A stretch of DNA of 46,635 bases, taken from sequence record SRR22947727_6040. The stretch is one strand, 5' to 3'. A model generated the notes under the pieces. That model worked only from the letters and a program-made list of their open reading frames with translations, had not been told where the DNA came from and searched no databases. Position 1 is the first letter of the stretch, and each line of letters starts with the position of its first letter. Position numbers and translations under genes: made by a program. Shown here one piece after another: positions 43,741 through 46,635 of the stretch.

Positions 43741-44492
43741 GCCAGATCACTCCACTTTTCCATCGGGCCGGTCCAGTGGCTCGGAAGATCCTCGGAGTCG
43801 GGCTCGATGACCTGCACGATGCGATTCAATACGTTGCCGACGAATCGCTCCCCTACCCAAAGGTGCTTGGCATCGGGAACGGCTACGACGTCGATGGCCG
43901 GGGCAACAGCGAATGCCTCGCGAGCGGCCTGCGGAGGCAGAAAGTCGTCGAACTCGGGCACGAAGGCCACGACGCGTCGCCCGGCTATTTGCCATACGCG
44001 AACGTCCTCGACGGTAGCGAACCGCAGCGGCGGGCTCAACAAGATGGCACCGCGAACAGGGTCGACATTTCCGTGCTTGAGAACGACATCGGTGCCGAAA
44101 GACCACCCCACCAGCCAGATATCCGGTAGTCCCCGCCGCTGTGCCTCATCAATGGCCGCCCTTAAGTCCAAACCCTCGCCCTCGGCACTATCAAATTCGC
44201 CTTCGCTGGCACCGGCCGCGGAAGCGGTGCCGCGAGTGTTGAAGCGCAGTACGGCGATGTCGGACATGGCTGGTAGACGCCACGCCATCTTTCGCAACAC
44301 GTGCGAATCCATCATGCCGCCGTGCGTGGGCAACGGATGGACACACACGATCGTCGCGCGCGGCTGATTCTCGAGCGGAAGAGCCACCTCACCAACGAGT
44401 CGCAACCCATCGGCGGTCGTCAACGAGAGGGGCTCGCGACGAGCCGGCAGTACCGAATTGGCGGTGATGGGTTCGCCGACGACATCCATCAT
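43737..44492 (-). CDS. Alpha/beta hydrolase
   Basis: HPLPTHGG, RFNTRG, GWSFG, HLW; ATG 44492 overlaps upstream stop (ATGA). Confidence 0.88.
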   Translation of the reverse strand: MMDVVGEPITANSVLPARREPLSLTTADGLRLVGEVALPLENQPRATIVCVHPLPTHGGMMDSHVLRKMAWRLPAMSDIAVLRFNTRGTASAAGASEGEFDSAEGEGLDLRAAIDEAQRRGLPDIWLVGWSFGTDVVLKHGNVDPVRGAILLSPPLRFATVEDVRVWQIAGRRVVAFVPEFDDFLPPQAAREAFAVAPAIDVVAVPDAKHLWVGERFVGNVLNRIVQVIEPDSEDLPSHWTGPMEKWSDLA

Positions 44493-44764
44493 CGCGGGCC
44501 TCGTGTCCCACGAGCCCGCCAGCACGGAGTGTGCCAATGACGCCTCTCGTCGGCGCCCTTCGGATCATCGGCGCTCCACGCGACCACATGAGGAGTGGCC
44601 GGCCGAATCTCATGATCGCACCCCGGGCATCGGTACGTCTTGGTTGCCGACGACCCAGTCAATGACCGCACGATCCAATCGCCGTCCGGGTGCGATTCGA
44701 TCTGCTGATTGGACCGCGGAGCCGCGCGTTCGGGCTCGTGGCGCCTGCGGTTCTTTCGACCCAC
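44489..44764 (-). CDS. Small conserved actinobacterial protein with CPGC...HWH..CW motif (often mislabelled ATP/GTP-binding)
   Basis: KTYRCPGCDHEI, PHVVAW, RRHWHTPCW; GTG start after GGGGA. Confidence 0.8.
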   Translation of the reverse strand: MGRKNRRRHEPERAAPRSNQQIESHPDGDWIVRSLTGSSATKTYRCPGCDHEIRPATPHVVAWSADDPKGADERRHWHTPCWRARGTRGPR

Positions 44765-44775
44765 GTCATCGTCCC

Positions 44776-46557
44776 CTATGCGTACGAGCGAAAACCACGA
44801 CCGGCTTTTCGACCGGTGTAGCCCGCCGTCACCAGATGCTCCAGCCAAGGCGCGGGAGCGAAACCGGGCTCACGAAATTCCCGATACAGCGTTTGTTGAA
44901 TAGCGAGCGAAACATCCAATCCAACAACGTCGAGCAATTCGAAGGGGCCCATGGGGTACCCGCAGCCGACCTTCATCGCCGTGTCGATGTCGTCTGTAGT
45001 CGCGTAGTTGCCCTCGGCCATCTTGATAGCGTCGTTCAGGTACGGGAACAGCAGCGCATTCACAATGAAACCGGCTCTATCACCGCAGTGAACACCCACT
45101 TTGCCGATCCGAGACACGACACTTCGCGCGGTGGCGACGACATCCGAGCTCGTCGCGACCGTGTCGACGATCTCCACGAGCTTCATCACCGGCGCCGGAT
45201 TGAAGAAGTGAAGCCCGACGACGTCTCCTGGGCGCGATGTCACCGACGCAAGATCGACCACGGGCAAGGAGGAGGTAGTCGTGGCCAAGATGACCCCCGG
45301 CCGACAAATCTCATCCAGGTTCTCGAACAGCGCGGTCTTGATATCGAGTTCCTCGGCGATGGCCTCCACCACCAGATCCAAATCGGCAAGGTCATCCAAA
45401 ACCGTGGTGCCGGTGATGCACCCCATAGCGGCATCCACGGCGTCCTGTTCGATCTTGCCCCGTTGCAGAGCCTTCTCCAGGCTCCGACGGATCGATGCGA
45501 TGACCTTCGCGACCTTGTCCTCTGATCGGGCGACGAAAGTGACCGAGAACCCGGCCTTGGCGAATACTTCGATGATCCCCGTTGCCATGGTGCCGGAGCC
45601 GACAACACCCACGGTGTTGACCTCGCGGACAGACGCGTCCGAGGCGTCCTGCGCCGCCACATGGTCGTCGGCGACGATCTCGGGTGAGCCAGGCTCGGCG
45701 TAGGAGTAGAAGCCACGTCCGGATTTCCGGCCCTTCAACCCGGCGGTGACCATGTGCTTAAGGATGGGACTCGGGGCGTGCAGACGATCTCGACCCTGCC
45801 GATACATGGTGTCCAAGATTTGGTACGAGGTATCAAGCCCAATGAGATCCAGCAGAGCCAAGGGCCCCATCGGCAACCCGCATCCCAGGCGCATCGCCGC
45901 ATCGATGTCCTCACGGCTTGCGTACTTCTGCTCGAACATCGATGCCGCATGATTGAGGTAGCCGAACAACAGACTGTTGGCAATGAACCCGGCTTTGTCT
46001 TCGCAGATCACCGCCTGTTTGCCGATCTGCTCGGCGAAAACCCGAATGTGCTCGACAACCTCATCGTCGGTGACGACGGTGCGAACGATTTCCACGAAAT
46101 CTTGCACGGGAGCCGGGTTGAAGAAGTGCAATCCCACCACGCGCGACGGTTGGCCGACCGCCGTGGAAATTTCAGTGACCGACAGCGAGGAGGTGTTCGT
46201 GCACCAAATGACTCGATCGGGCAAGAGGCCGTCGAGCTGGCCGAGAACCTGGCGTTTCAACTCCAGGTTCTCGGGTACCGCTTCGATCACGATGTCCGAC
46301 GTCAAAGACTCCTGCAGGTTGGTCGTGAAAAGGATGCGATCGAGAATTCCGGATCGCTCACTCGCGGTCAGTTTGTCGCGGGCCACCGCTCGGTCGGTGG
46401 AGGCTTCGATGCGCTGACGTGCATCGCTGACGGTGGTGTCGTCGATGTCGATAGCTCGGACGGCGAAGCCGTGTCGCGCGACTACCTCAGCTATTCCGGT
46501 CCCCATGGTTCCCAAGCCGATAACTGCAACACTGCCGACCCTGTCCCGAGATTCCAT
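44776..46557 (-). CDS. Tandem (double-domain) 3-hydroxybutyryl-CoA/3-hydroxyacyl-CoA dehydrogenase
   Basis: Two complete HCDH units: GLGTMG/GSGTMA, TSSL twice, GLHFFNPAPV twice, PMGP twice, GRKxGRGF twice. Confidence 0.92.
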   Translation of the reverse strand: MESRDRVGSVAVIGLGTMGTGIAEVVARHGFAVRAIDIDDTTVSDARQRIEASTDRAVARDKLTASERSGILDRILFTTNLQESLTSDIVIEAVPENLELKRQVLGQLDGLLPDRVIWCTNTSSLSVTEISTAVGQPSRVVGLHFFNPAPVQDFVEIVRTVVTDDEVVEHIRVFAEQIGKQAVICEDKAGFIANSLLFGYLNHAASMFEQKYASREDIDAAMRLGCGLPMGPLALLDLIGLDTSYQILDTMYRQGRDRLHAPSPILKHMVTAGLKGRKSGRGFYSYAEPGSPEIVADDHVAAQDASDASVREVNTVGVVGSGTMATGIIEVFAKAGFSVTFVARSEDKVAKVIASIRRSLEKALQRGKIEQDAVDAAMGCITGTTVLDDLADLDLVVEAIAEELDIKTALFENLDEICRPGVILATTTSSLPVVDLASVTSRPGDVVGLHFFNPAPVMKLVEIVDTVATSSDVVATARSVVSRIGKVGVHCGDRAGFIVNALLFPYLNDAIKMAEGNYATTDDIDTAMKVGCGYPMGPFELLDVVGLDVSLAIQQTLYREFREPGFAPAPWLEHLVTAGYTGRKAGRGFRSYA

Positions 46558-46635
46558 GAGTGCAGTCTGCCAAAGGGTCAAAACAGGCGCAGACCCGAAT
46601 CCGCTGTGCCTTTGAGTTCGTCGTAGTCAACGACG

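Overview
High-GC actinobacterial chromosome segment, almost entirely core/housekeeping and densely packed (about 47 CDS). I found no rRNA, tRNA, CRISPR array or mobile element. In order: ilvD (partial), a 2-hydroxyacid dehydrogenase, gatBAC, ligA, a MetE-like protein, mnmA, cysteine desulfurase, etfAB; a cluster resembling the mycobacterial methylglucose-lipopolysaccharide locus (Rv3030/3031/3032/3034c/3038c/echA17-like); an aldo/keto reductase; a cobalamin riboswitch with an intrinsic terminator leading a five-gene ECF-type uptake operon; the DAGK-whiB1-pdtaS-biotinyl carrier-rshA-sigH-SRAP block with a ThDP enzyme and an FlK-like thioesterase inserted; and an acyl-CoA/ethylmalonyl-CoA block (meaB, thiolase, mce, ccr, tandem 3-hydroxybutyryl-CoA dehydrogenase) with an OatA-like acyltransferase. 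Best candidate for an undescribed system: the two exported proteins heading the B12 operon look like the alpha-barrel and beta domains of a transcobalamin-like binder split over two genes, with the barrel half unanchored. Other notable points are a ~30-aa helical insertion in LigA, loss of Zn ligands in the MetE-like protein, many apparently leaderless genes including two bidirectional promoters that share a TA dinucleotide, and operator-like palindromes at etfB, whiB1 and ccr. All family assignments come from motif recognition; no database searches were run.
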